Of a DNA stretch of 64,000 nucleotides, positions 19,216-28,802 are shown piece by piece. The stretch lies in contig JBHLLT010000002.1 in assembly GCA_048938855.1 (NCBI GenBank), forward strand, positions 256,001 through 320,000, read 5' to 3'. The notes beneath the pieces were generated by a model. That model had not been told where the DNA came from and ran no database searches. It saw only the letters and a program-made list of their open reading frames with translations. A program made the position numbers and the translations under genes. This DNA is from Promethearchaeota archaeon. Its GTDB lineage: Archaea; Asgardarchaeota; Lokiarchaeia; Sigyniarchaeales; SOKP01. Every line of letters begins with the position of its first letter. Positions within the stretch are counted from its first letter, which is position 1.

Positions 19216-19851
19216 ATGGTAAATATTGGACTTTTAGGTGATGTGAGCGTTGGTAAAACCAGCATCCTCCGATTATTCGTTCGCTACTTAAAAAAAGGTG
19301 ATATTGAGAAGGTAAAAGGTGGTATAAAATGTTCTGTTGTTAAAGCTGATTTTTCTGGCGAAGCAACCGTTCCTGGTGGTGATAAAGAAGATGCACTTAA
19401 TGAAAAGGAAACAAAGACAATTCATCCTAACCGGATTGTATTTAGAGAGGATGAAACAAACAAAGCACATACAATTTTTGCCCCAGGAGGTGATAGGGCG
19501 AGGGCTGTAGTGAAAATGGGAATAATAACAATATCACGTATAGCTACACAAATTATAGCTGTGTTTTCACTTGACAGAGATCTTAAACCACAGTTTGAAT
19601 TTTTCAATGATGTACGATTTTTCCCCGATAAAATTTATGTGTGTATAAACAAAATTGACTTAGTAGAAGGAAATAAAGAGAAAAAACTTGAAACTGTTAA
19701 AAAACAAATTATTGACTTTTTTGACAAGCGAAAAATAGCAATTAATGATACATTTATTACTTGTGGTGAAACCGTGGAAGGATTTGAAGATATTGAAACT
19801 TATAATAACCGAGTTGCAGAAATGATTTTAGAAATCACTACTAAACATTGA
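19216..19851 (+). CDS. Atypical small Ras-superfamily GTPase (MglA-like G3)
   Basis: G1 GDVSVGKT, G4 NKID, G5 TCG; G3 position reads FAPGG. Confidence 0.85.
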   Translation: MVNIGLLGDVSVGKTSILRLFVRYLKKGDIEKVKGGIKCSVVKADFSGEATVPGGDKEDALNEKETKTIHPNRIVFREDETNKAHTIFAPGGDRARAVVKMGIITISRIATQIIAVFSLDRDLKPQFEFFNDVRFFPDKIYVCINKIDLVEGNKEKKLETVKKQIIDFFDKRKIAINDTFITCGETVEGFEDIETYNNRVAEMILEITTKH

Positions 19852-19873
19852 AACTTTTTACATTCTTTTGATT

Positions 19874-20386
19874 TTACTTTTTTAATTCTAATGCAAGTTT
19901 TAAAAATACCTTTTCTAAATCTAAAAGGTACCCAATTAATGGAGTTAGAGTTACTTTATTTAGATGCTTGTCATAGTTAACAAATCCCAAGTTTTCTAAT
20001 TCCTTAATATCCTCAATAATTCCCTCTTTCTTTCTAATTTCTTTTATCTTTTGAATTGTGGTTTCTCCAGAATTAGTAAAACAATTAATCAGAGCACAAT
20101 ATAAAGTTGCAGCTAATCTAGGATTCCCTTCAAATGGATTCGCTGAGATTATTTCAGTTATTCCACTTTCAAAAGAAATATACCAACGAGAATTAAGGGG
20201 ATTAAATCTGACTTGAAGACCTAATGTCTTTAAATAATTAGCTAAATTACTTATAATCCTTTGGAAATATATTGATTTATTCTTATCTTTTACATTCAAA
20301 GCTTTTAGAATCTCCTCTTGGGTTGCTCCCATTTCAAATTTGTTTTTTTTGCTTAATAAATGCATCAAAATTGTCAATTCATTCAT
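19874..20386 (-). CDS. KITE-like tandem winged-helix protein (ScpB/Nse1/Nse3-like)
   Basis: Two WH-like units (ISNLANYLKTLGLQV; IKELENLGFV...VTLTP), size and position after SMC and kleisin. Confidence 0.7.
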   Translation of the reverse strand: MNELTILMHLLSKKNKFEMGATQEEILKALNVKDKNKSIYFQRIISNLANYLKTLGLQVRFNPLNSRWYISFESGITEIISANPFEGNPRLAATLYCALINCFTNSGETTIQKIKEIRKKEGIIEDIKELENLGFVNYDKHLNKVTLTPLIGYLLDLEKVFLKLALELKK

Positions 20387-20402
20387 AATTTTTTCCCCTC
20401 TT

Positions 20403-21050
20403 CTATAAATACAAAAAATTTGTTTCTTTTTGATATTTAATTTTACCTAATTGGAGTAGATGTAAAAGAAATACGAAATTCTCATAGATCTCTAATTGTT
20501 TAACATAATCAATAAATAATTCATCATAAGAGCATGGTAATTTATTTTTTATTTCTTTAAAGAATGCCATCATCTTTTCAGTGAATTTTTTATCTGGGAT
20601 TTCTAGTAAAAAATTTTCTTTTACTTCTACTCTGTTAATTGGCTTAATTTTTATGGGTATGATTTTACCATTGATTAACCTATTCTTGGAATATTCAAGA
20701 AACTTCAATGATAAAGCTTCAATATTGAATGGCTTTATCCAACAATCACTAAATAATTCATAAATATTAGAGTCTTTTGGATTTTTTTTTAAAAATGTTA
20801 GAAATTTATCCTTATTATCCAAATAACTAAGTAATGCTTTTAATTCCTCAAATTTTTGAATCAATAGTTGGAAAGCCCTCTGATATGTTGTAGAATATTT
20901 ATTGATATTATAAATGTTAAGAGAATCCTTCATCGATTCAAAAAGAGAAACTAATTCAACATCTAACAGCGAAATTTCTCCCGAAAGAACACTGTTTTTA
21001 ATATTTTCAATTTTTTTGTTTATTTCTTTGGAGAAATCCTTATATTCCAT
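20403..21050 (-). CDS. Kleisin (ScpA-like) protein
   Basis: N-terminal SLLDVEL helix region and C-terminal WH motif FVFLLHLLQLGKI; directly downstream of SMC. Confidence 0.72.
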   Translation of the reverse strand: MEYKDFSKEINKKIENIKNSVLSGEISLLDVELVSLFESMKDSLNIYNINKYSTTYQRAFQLLIQKFEELKALLSYLDNKDKFLTFLKKNPKDSNIYELFSDCWIKPFNIEALSLKFLEYSKNRLINGKIIPIKIKPINRVEVKENFLLEIPDKKFTEKMMAFFKEIKNKLPCSYDELFIDYVKQLEIYENFVFLLHLLQLGKIKYQKETNFLYL

Positions 21051-21064
21051 GATTTTTTAATCTC

Positions 21065-24000
21065 TCATTTCTTTTTTACTATTTTAGGCTTGAAAACTGA
21101 GGAAATTTCATTTTTTCCTACTCTAGCAATTCCTATTAACTTTTCAGCTAATAAAAATAACGAATTAGATGATTTTGGTAAAAACATAAATAATTGTATT
21201 GGATTTTGTTCTAATGTTGCTTTTATTAGTTGATAAACCACTTCAGAATTTTTTTCATCTAAAAACATGCCTGGTTCATCAAATAAACAGAGGGGAGAAG
21301 GTTTAATTTCTTGTAGAGATAAGATTAAACATATGGAAATTAAAGATACTTGTCCACCACTAAGAGCTGTAAATGATTTTAACTGGTCTTTTGAGGTAGC
21401 TGCTTTAATATCAACACCAAGATCTTCAATTTCACCGATTAATTCAAGTGAACAGTAAGATTTGATTTGGGAATCCTCAAATTTCTGATTTACACTATTT
21501 TGGAGTTTTTCTAGCAAAACCCTAAACTTATTATAATAAGTTTTTTCCATTTTTTTTTCAGTTTTAGTTGCCGCTTTAATATCATTTTCCAAATCTTTCT
21601 GATTGTTTGAAATCTCCTTAAGTGAAGATAAAATTTGATCCCTTTCAATTAATAGTGAGTTATCAACATCTAAATATTTAATCAGTTGTTTATCTATTCT
21701 GGAAATATCTGATATAATATCCTCTATTGAACGGATTTTTAGTATTTCCTCTGAAATTAGAGGACTTATTTCAGAATTAATTCGGTTTAAATCATTATTC
21801 TTGATCTCAAGATCTTGATTATATTTATTTAGTTTAATATTTTCTTGTTCATAGTTTAGTGTTATTTGAATATTTTTTCGCTCTAGATCACTCTTCTTGT
21901 TTTGTAGGATTAATATATCTCTTTTTACATCTGAAATTTCGTGTTCTGTAGTTTTAAGCTCTTCTTCAGTATTTTCTAATAGCCGAAAAATATTAAATGC
22001 ATTTTTATCCGCTTTCTGAAAAGCATCTCGCTTTATATCATATTCTTTCTGTATAGAATCCAAATTATATTTATGTTCATTCAATTTATCTCTAATTTCC
22101 TTTAAAATAACAGAGTTTTCATTTAATTTTAAATCCCATTTTTTCTTTTCTTCATTTAGGATGGCTAATTCATCAGGAATTTCTTTAATTCTATCATTCC
22201 ACTTAAGAAATTCTGGATCTGTTTGAGATTTTAGAACTGCAATTTCTTTCTCTAATTCAAATAATTCAGTTTTGAGATCATTATTTATTTTTTCTAAGTT
22301 ATGAATTTGGTCATATAAATGATTTTTTTTCGATGTAATTCTTTGTTTCTGATTAAAGTTATAAAGAAGATCATTGAAAGAGTCTTTTTTCTTAAATAAT
22401 TCTTTTTGGTTTGAATCTAATTTACCTTGATCGACTTTTAAGTCTATAATTTTTTCATTCAAAGTCTTAATTTCAGATTCTAAAACTTTTGATTGCTCTT
22501 TTTGAGTACCAGCACTTAGTAACCCTTTCAATCTTTTTAAATATGGTGTTTCAAATACATATTTGTATGAAATTATTTGTTCTCCCTTTAATGTAACACA
22601 TTTTCCTTTAAAGTTTAGTTTACGATATAAATCTCTTCCTGATCGATAATCAGTTACAACAAGGCAATTTTTAATCTTAGAATAAATAACCTTCTTGATA
22701 TCAAGATCATTATCAATAATCTTTATTAAGTCTGCTAAATACCCAAGAACTCCATCTGCAGAAACTTTATTCATCGGAATAATATTTACATTTTTAGAGA
22801 GATAAATGTTGCAGTACGCTCCATATTTCTCTTTTATTTTTTTAAGTAAGTTTAATGTATCCCAATCTTCAGCAACATAACTATATAATAATTTCTCACC
22901 GAGGACGGATTCAATCGCATAACTTAGACTATCATCATATTTTAAATAATCAATTATAGGACCTTTAACTTTAAGCCCTCTTTTCTTAATTTCCTCTTTT
23001 AGGATAGAAATGTTTGGAGGAAGAATAATACGGCGTTCTTTAAGTGAAGCTTGAAGTATTTTTAATTTATTTAGTTTTTTAGCCTTTAAGACCTCTAATT
23101 GATTTATTTCGGAATCTAAATCATAAATTTTTAATGAAATTCTCTTAAGATCTTTATCAAGCTGGATCAAAAGATTTTTAGTCGGATTTTCTAAGAACCA
23201 CCTATTCTTTTCTAATTCGTGTTCAATATCTTTAAAGCTTTGAAATAATTGATTAATCTCATCATTGTATACTGCGATTATTCTTTCATTTTCTTGGATA
23301 TTGCTTATTCCTTCTTGCTTCTCATGATTAATTCGATTGTATTTGTCGAAGAGGTCTTTATTAGCCTTAATTTTTTTTATCAATTGGTTTTGTTCAGTTA
23401 TTAATTTATCAATGTTTAAACCTGTGTTTTTACTTTCTTTTCTTATAGATGTTAAATCTTTACTAATTTTTTCATCTTGTTTTTCAAAATTTTCTTTTAC
23501 TTTTTTGATCTCATTGATTTTTGCTGACAAAGCATCTAATTCTTGTTTTGCCGCGATTTTCTCGTTCTGCCAATTTTGAATTTTTAGTGTTAACTCTTGT
23601 TTCTTGTAACTCAATTCACCTAATCTTTTAGATAAATCATGAATTGTTGATTCTTGTTTTGAGATTTTTTTAGAGTATGCATTTATTTCTCGTTCAGAAA
23701 ATTCCTTTTTCTTCTTGATTCCCTCTAGTACTAATTTAATATTATTAATAATTTCTTTAACACTAGTAATTTCCTTTTCTAACTTATCCTTATTTGCCCA
23801 TAAGAGTTCATCGTTGTATTTGTTTTTAATTTCTACTAACTCATTTTTTTTTTTAAGGCGTTCTAGTTTTGGATTTAACAGATCTAAACTAAAATTTAAA
23901 GTATTTCTTCTACTTTTTAGAGATTGAAGATCTTTACTCAAATTTTGAACATTGGACTTTTGTTCTAGAATTTCTTCTCGTAATTTTTTTAAACCAATAC

Positions 24001-24529
24001 CCTCTTCCAGGAAAGAACATAACTCTGAAGGTTTTAAATTTTTAATCGCATCAATTTTTCCTTGGCTAACAAAAGCAAATTGATTATCTGGGTTCAAATT
24101 TAAAGCTGAAATTAATTGCTGAGTATCTTGAACAGAAAGCTTTTTAAAATCTTGATCTTCTCCCCTTTGAACGTTATAATATGGAGATTGCCCTCGAATG
24201 ACATATCTTCTTAATTTTATAATTTCTTCTCCATTTTGAATGTGAATTTCGACCATAGCATGGTCTTGCCCATTTCTTATGAAATCGGACCATTTTTTAT
24301 AACGCTCATCTCTTTCATTACTGCCTAATGCAAATTTTATTGCTTGAAATACTGATGTTTTCCCACTCCAATTCGGTCCAACTATAATTACAAATTTAGA
24401 TTTACCAAAATTGACTTCATCTTTCTGGAAAGATAAAAAGTTCTCTAATATAACTTTTGTAATAAAAATCTCTCTATTTTCCTCTAATACTTTATTCTCT
24501 TCTTCTAAAGAATGTGTTATATTAGCCAA
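21065..24529 (-). CDS. SMC protein, Smc5/6-related type
   Basis: Walker A GPNWSGKT, Q-loop FVSQG, coiled coils, hinge GPIIDYLK..AIESVLG / CVTLKGE, signature LSGGQ, Walker B LFDE, H-loop position QLFMFLPK. Confidence 0.88.
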   Translation of the reverse strand: MANITHSLEEENKVLEENREIFITKVILENFLSFQKDEVNFGKSKFVIIVGPNWSGKTSVFQAIKFALGSNERDERYKKWSDFIRNGQDHAMVEIHIQNGEEIIKLRRYVIRGQSPYYNVQRGEDQDFKKLSVQDTQQLISALNLNPDNQFAFVSQGKIDAIKNLKPSELCSFLEEGIGLKKLREEILEQKSNVQNLSKDLQSLKSRRNTLNFSLDLLNPKLERLKKKNELVEIKNKYNDELLWANKDKLEKEITSVKEIINNIKLVLEGIKKKKEFSEREINAYSKKISKQESTIHDLSKRLGELSYKKQELTLKIQNWQNEKIAAKQELDALSAKINEIKKVKENFEKQDEKISKDLTSIRKESKNTGLNIDKLITEQNQLIKKIKANKDLFDKYNRINHEKQEGISNIQENERIIAVYNDEINQLFQSFKDIEHELEKNRWFLENPTKNLLIQLDKDLKRISLKIYDLDSEINQLEVLKAKKLNKLKILQASLKERRIILPPNISILKEEIKKRGLKVKGPIIDYLKYDDSLSYAIESVLGEKLLYSYVAEDWDTLNLLKKIKEKYGAYCNIYLSKNVNIIPMNKVSADGVLGYLADLIKIIDNDLDIKKVIYSKIKNCLVVTDYRSGRDLYRKLNFKGKCVTLKGEQIISYKYVFETPYLKRLKGLLSAGTQKEQSKVLESEIKTLNEKIIDLKVDQGKLDSNQKELFKKKDSFNDLLYNFNQKQRITSKKNHLYDQIHNLEKINNDLKTELFELEKEIAVLKSQTDPEFLKWNDRIKEIPDELAILNEEKKKWDLKLNENSVILKEIRDKLNEHKYNLDSIQKEYDIKRDAFQKADKNAFNIFRLLENTEEELKTTEHEISDVKRDILILQNKKSDLERKNIQITLNYEQENIKLNKYNQDLEIKNNDLNRINSEISPLISEEILKIRSIEDIISDISRIDKQLIKYLDVDNSLLIERDQILSSLKEISNNQKDLENDIKAATKTEKKMEKTYYNKFRVLLEKLQNSVNQKFEDSQIKSYCSLELIGEIEDLGVDIKAATSKDQLKSFTALSGGQVSLISICLILSLQEIKPSPLCLFDEPGMFLDEKNSEVVYQLIKATLEQNPIQLFMFLPKSSNSLFLLAEKLIGIARVGKNEISSVFKPKIVKKK

Positions 24530-24548
24530 AATTTTTCATCTGTCAGTA

Positions 24549-25799
24549 TTATTTACCAAAAGCTTGCTTTATTAAGTCTATTCTCTTTTTCGCTTTCTCT
24601 AAATTCATCTGCGCTTGATTTGGAGAATCATTTAAAATAAAGGGGTGTTGTGACAATAATTTTAAATCATTCTCTTCCAATTGCTCCTTCTTATTTAACT
24701 TATCAATGATAATTGTGAGTTCAGTATAATTTTTTGATACAGCATCTTCATAAAGTTGATTTAGCATAAAATCTGAGATTCTGGATTCACGAATTCCTTC
24801 AATCACGCTACTTATATCTTTTGGTGTTTCATTTGTATGTGTCTCCTTCTCATAATCAATCTTTTGGTTTTGCATTATATCATCCTTCATTTGCACTTTT
24901 GAATTTCCTTGTCTTAGAATCTTTTGAGGGATTGGGATATACTCACCTGATTCAATTAAATCAATTAATATATCTGTTATTTCATTACTCGTCTCATTTA
25001 ATTCAGAGTTTAAAAAATGTTTAAATATTCCAACTTTTAATAGCTGTTTGATATCGTTAACTTCCCAATATTCAGTATAATTTAATATATCATTTACATC
25101 AAAAACTATCTTTGGATTAATTTCTAAATAATCTTTTAAAACGGTTTCCCGTTGTATTCTACTTAGCAAAGGAATTTTTATAAAAAGATCAAACATCTCA
25201 TATAAATTACTTGATATCTCATTAATATCTTCCATATCGTAATTTACCCACACTAAAATGATATTAGATTTAATGTAATTAAAATTGTTTCCCTCATTTT
25301 GCCAGACATTCAAAGGAACTTCCAATAAATTTTTATCATCAAATACCTCCTTAAATTTTAAGTCCTGGTTAATCAATAATAATTTTTTTTCTTCAATTTT
25401 ATCGGGATCTCGATTGCTTGGCCCCATATCCTCTTCTTCTTCATTAGATTTATTTAAAACTTTAAAAATTGAAATTAGACTATTTATAAATTTATTTGGG
25501 TTGTTATTAATTCCTATTTCATTAAATTCTATCAAATCTAAGTAATAATTCTTAGCTATTAATCGTATGTAATCTAAAATATCTGTCCCAGGACTAGCGT
25601 TAATCAAGACTGTTCCCTTTGGTTCTAAGTAACCATTCAAAACAGTATCATCATAATTGGTTAACATTACTTTAAGATAATTCATTATATCATTGTATTT
25701 CTCCCGATAGAAAATATTTTCTTTGTTAATCTTAATTTCTGAAGGTTTAATAATCTCAAAATACTTTGAGAATTCCGGAATGTCATTTAAATCTTTCAT
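24549..25799 (-). CDS. Degenerate (probably inactive) AAA+ domain protein
   Basis: PKGTVLINASPGTDIL aligns by eye with AAA Walker A region; LLLINQD at Walker B; FDLFIKIPLL..RETVL and lid TEYWEVNDIKQL. Confidence 0.7.
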   Translation of the reverse strand: MKDLNDIPEFSKYFEIIKPSEIKINKENIFYREKYNDIMNYLKVMLTNYDDTVLNGYLEPKGTVLINASPGTDILDYIRLIAKNYYLDLIEFNEIGINNNPNKFINSLISIFKVLNKSNEEEEDMGPSNRDPDKIEEKKLLLINQDLKFKEVFDDKNLLEVPLNVWQNEGNNFNYIKSNIILVWVNYDMEDINEISSNLYEMFDLFIKIPLLSRIQRETVLKDYLEINPKIVFDVNDILNYTEYWEVNDIKQLLKVGIFKHFLNSELNETSNEITDILIDLIESGEYIPIPQKILRQGNSKVQMKDDIMQNQKIDYEKETHTNETPKDISSVIEGIRESRISDFMLNQLYEDAVSKNYTELTIIIDKLNKKEQLEENDLKLLSQHPFILNDSPNQAQMNLEKAKKRIDLIKQAFGK

Positions 25800-25990
25800 T
25801 GAAAAATTTCCTTTATAATCATGCTATTTTTATAAACATTATTTACATGGGAATGAGGTATATTTATATTTAGCGGGTGTCATATATAGATCTCCGACAT
25901 AAATCGTAAAGTTTATAAAAGCGTATTTTCTAAAAGAAAATCAAAAATAAATTATAAATTTCAACCATGTTTAGCTAAATATCAAATAAA

Positions 25991-26440
25991 CTAAATTTTA
26001 TCTAGAATAAATGAGGGTAACCGACCTTCATCAACCAGAATTTTTACTAAATTAGGCATACTATTCCATTGTTGAATAGCTAGATCAAATTCTTCTTCGG
26101 TAATGTCTTTAAATCGGCCTACTCCATATGTCAGCATGCTAATAGAAGATCCCAAAAGATTTTTTAATTTATTACATGGGAATTCATTGCATTGAGCGCA
26201 ACTTTCAAATCCTTTTTCCCGAGCACAAGGACGAACTTGACAATTCTTATCAGCTATTTTATTTCCTTTACTTTTACATCCATCACAAGCAACATTTTCC
26301 GCAGTATACATTTCATGGCCCAAATACTTCCTCCATGCGTTAACCAGTTTTTCTCGTAGTTTGATATCATCTGATCGAGCAGCACATAAATAGCAGTTAT
26401 ACCCACAATATCCAATCATTTTTTCTTTATCTTCACTCAT
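25991..26440 (-). CDS. DUF3795 Cys-rich protein
   Basis: YCGYNCYLC, CDGC, CQVRPC, CAQCNEFPC. Confidence 0.85.
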   Translation of the reverse strand: MSEDKEKMIGYCGYNCYLCAARSDDIKLREKLVNAWRKYLGHEMYTAENVACDGCKSKGNKIADKNCQVRPCAREKGFESCAQCNEFPCNKLKNLLGSSISMLTYGVGRFKDITEEEFDLAIQQWNSMPNLVKILVDEGRLPSFILDKI

Positions 26441-26573
26441 AAGATTAACACCTTAGAGGTAGCAATTAATATTTTTTTTAATATATTTTCAAAATTACTA
26501 GAATATGTATGCATATTATGTCAAATTGAGATATTAAAGCTATTAAACTGTAAGACTTAACTTTGAGAGAATT

Positions 26574-26960
26574 TTATATTAATTCTTTAAGTAATAAATT
26601 TAAATATACTTCTAATTGCGTCTTAATAAGATCATAATGAGTGAATTTCCCTTTTTTCCAACCCCTTATTATACCCGCATCTTCAAGTATTTTTAAATGG
26701 TGCGAAATAGATGGTTGCGACTCATCTAATGCTGCTTCTAATTCACAGACACATCTATCTTTTTCTTTTAGGATATTGAGGATAATCATTCGTTTCTTAT
26801 TTGATAAAGCATTCAAAAACTCAATCAAACTATTAATCCTTGATTCTTGAAATAAATTATCTCCTAATTTTCTTAGTTGTGTAAAATGAAGATCTACATT
26901 TTCTACATCTTCACATTTAATTAACTTATCCTTAATTTCAGTTTCATGTTCAATATCCAT
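26574..26960 (-). CDS. arsR: ArsR/SmtB family metalloregulator
   Basis: RCVCEL As(III)-binding motif, SQPSISHHLKIL; divergent from acr3; ATG at 26960 preferred to TTG 26987. Confidence 0.88.
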   Translation of the reverse strand: MDIEHETEIKDKLIKCEDVENVDLHFTQLRKLGDNLFQESRINSLIEFLNALSNKKRMIILNILKEKDRCVCELEAALDESQPSISHHLKILEDAGIIRGWKKGKFTHYDLIKTQLEVYLNLLLKELI

Positions 26961-27020
26961 TATAATCACTTTTCCTCTATTTTTCAAATATTATAAAGAA
27001 AGACAAATTTATAACAATTA

Positions 27021-27048
27021 ATTCAAATCAATAAATTTTTATTTGAAT
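27021..27048. promoter_or_regulatory. Candidate ArsR operator (inverted repeat)
   Basis: ATTCAAAT-N12-ATTTGAAT between divergent arsR and acr3. Confidence 0.5.
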
Positions 27049-27110
27049 AAAAATTTTATTATCTCAGAATCATTAAGATCAATAAATAATATAAATTAGT
27101 TGAGAAAGAA

Positions 27111-28193
27111 ATGAGTGAGGAAGAAAGTAGCACAATGATTGTAAAGGAAACAGAAGAAAATTTAACAGAAACAGAAGAAAAAGCTAAGGAACTTGGATTC
27201 TTTGAGAAATTTCTTACATTATGGGTTGGTCTATGCATTTTAATTGGAATTCTTCTTTCAATATATATCCCAGGTATAGGGCAAGTGTTTAATTCTTTTA
27301 CTATAGGCCAGATTTCAATACCGATAGGTATTTGCTTATTTTTAATGATGTACCCCGCTATGCTAAATTTACAGGTTTCAGAATTGAAAAAATTAGGTAG
27401 AAATCCGAAACCAATAATTCTGACGATTATATCTAATTGGTTAGTTGCTCCATTTGTTGGTTTACTTATGGCTCGTATATTCTTACAAGGAAGTGAACAA
27501 TTAATAGTCGCTGTAATATTATTAAGTTCAAGTCCATGCACTGCCATGGTTTTAGTCTGGGGATGGATGGCAAAAGGAAATCAAGAACAAAACGTGGTAA
27601 ATACAAGCTTAAATACAATCACAATAATATTTGGTTATGCTCCTATGGTTACGTTATTGACAGGTATTCAGAACATTCCAATTAATTGGATTCTTTTATT
27701 AGCATCAAGTTTCATATTTATTGGATTACCAATGTTGCTTGGAATACTAAGTAAAAGACTATTAGTATCAACTAAAGGTGAAGATTGGTTTAAAAATAAA
27801 TACCGACCTATCGTAGGAAAAGTATCAATCATCGCTCTCCTAACAACTCTGGTAGTACTTTTCTCAATGAATGGTGAGGTTCTAATCCAAAATCCAGATT
27901 TACTGTTATTGGTATCAGTTCCACTATTAGTCGGGTTTGTAATCGTAGTTGGATATAATATTTTGATAACTAAGCTTGCTAAATTGAAATATAAAGAAGC
28001 AGTCATTACAGTTATCATTGGTTCCTCCAGCCATTTCGAAATTGCTATTGCTACTGCCATTGCAATATATGGAATAGGTTCTATCGCGGCTTTAGGAACA
28101 ACAATGGGCCTTTTTTGGGAAGTTCCTGTAATGCTTTCAATTGTTTACTTGGGAAGATTCCTAAGAAAACGGGGATTTTGGAAATCAGAATAA
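27111..28193 (+). CDS. acr3: Acr3 arsenite efflux transporter
   Basis: FEKFLTLWV, MMYP, PCTAMVLVW, HFEIAIATA, EVPVM. Confidence 0.93.
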   Translation: MSEEESSTMIVKETEENLTETEEKAKELGFFEKFLTLWVGLCILIGILLSIYIPGIGQVFNSFTIGQISIPIGICLFLMMYPAMLNLQVSELKKLGRNPKPIILTIISNWLVAPFVGLLMARIFLQGSEQLIVAVILLSSSPCTAMVLVWGWMAKGNQEQNVVNTSLNTITIIFGYAPMVTLLTGIQNIPINWILLLASSFIFIGLPMLLGILSKRLLVSTKGEDWFKNKYRPIVGKVSIIALLTTLVVLFSMNGEVLIQNPDLLLLVSVPLLVGFVIVVGYNILITKLAKLKYKEAVITVIIGSSSHFEIAIATAIAIYGIGSIAALGTTMGLFWEVPVMLSIVYLGRFLRKRGFWKSE

Positions 28194-28263
28194 ATAAAAG
28201 TATCCAAAAAATATATTGGTCAGAAGAAATATTATAATTAAAAAAAAGAAGATGTTTAATAAA

Positions 28264-28443
28264 ATGTCCGAGAAAGATATTGATAAAACCGTTGAAAAAA
28301 TCATGAAAGAGCTGCGTGCATCCCCAGATTATCAAGGATATGCTTGTAGTGCTAATTCTAATTCGAATTCCTCCCATGAGGAACTATGCGACTCAGAGAA
28401 TCCTAAACATTGTGGAATAAATTCACATTGTGAACAAAAATAA
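28264..28443 (+). CDS. Small Cys-containing protein (59 aa)
   Basis: MSEKDID...YACS...ELCDSENPKHCGINSHCEQK; start uncertain (28216, 28252 or 28264). Confidence 0.6.
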   Translation: MSEKDIDKTVEKIMKELRASPDYQGYACSANSNSNSSHEELCDSENPKHCGINSHCEQK

Positions 28444-28488
28444 ATTGTTAATGAAAATAATTAAATAATTATTAGAGTTGTTTTTGAG

Positions 28489-28770
28489 ATGGAAATGGAA
28501 GAAAAGAATGGGAAATTAAAAGTAGATATTTATGTTCCTTTAGATGCATGTGCTTGTGAATGGGATAAATTTATGAATAGAGTCTTCATGGAACTTACTC
28601 CATATATAAAACACATAGATTACGATACTAAAAACTTAAACAGTGATCAAGCAAGACAACTGAATCTAAGGAGTAAATCCATTGTTATTGATGGAGAAAA
28701 AATATTTACTTCTGCTTTCACGCTCAAGAAAGAATTACCTAGACTCCTTAAAGCAAAGGGTCTAATTTAA
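28489..28770 (+). CDS. Small thioredoxin-fold-like protein with CxC motif
   Basis: VDIYVPLDACAC, later SIVIDGE; resembles ArsD/thioredoxin-like small proteins. Confidence 0.65.
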   Translation: MEMEEKNGKLKVDIYVPLDACACEWDKFMNRVFMELTPYIKHIDYDTKNLNSDQARQLNLRSKSIVIDGEKIFTSAFTLKKELPRLLKAKGLI

Positions 28771-28802
28771 AGTATTAATTTATATTTTTTATTTTATAAG
28801 GG

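Noticed and set aside
21065-24529. SMC gene as Rad50/SbcC or Wadjet JetC
   Set aside because: It has a globular hinge and no CxxC hook or Mre11 neighbour; no Toprim JetD gene in the operon.
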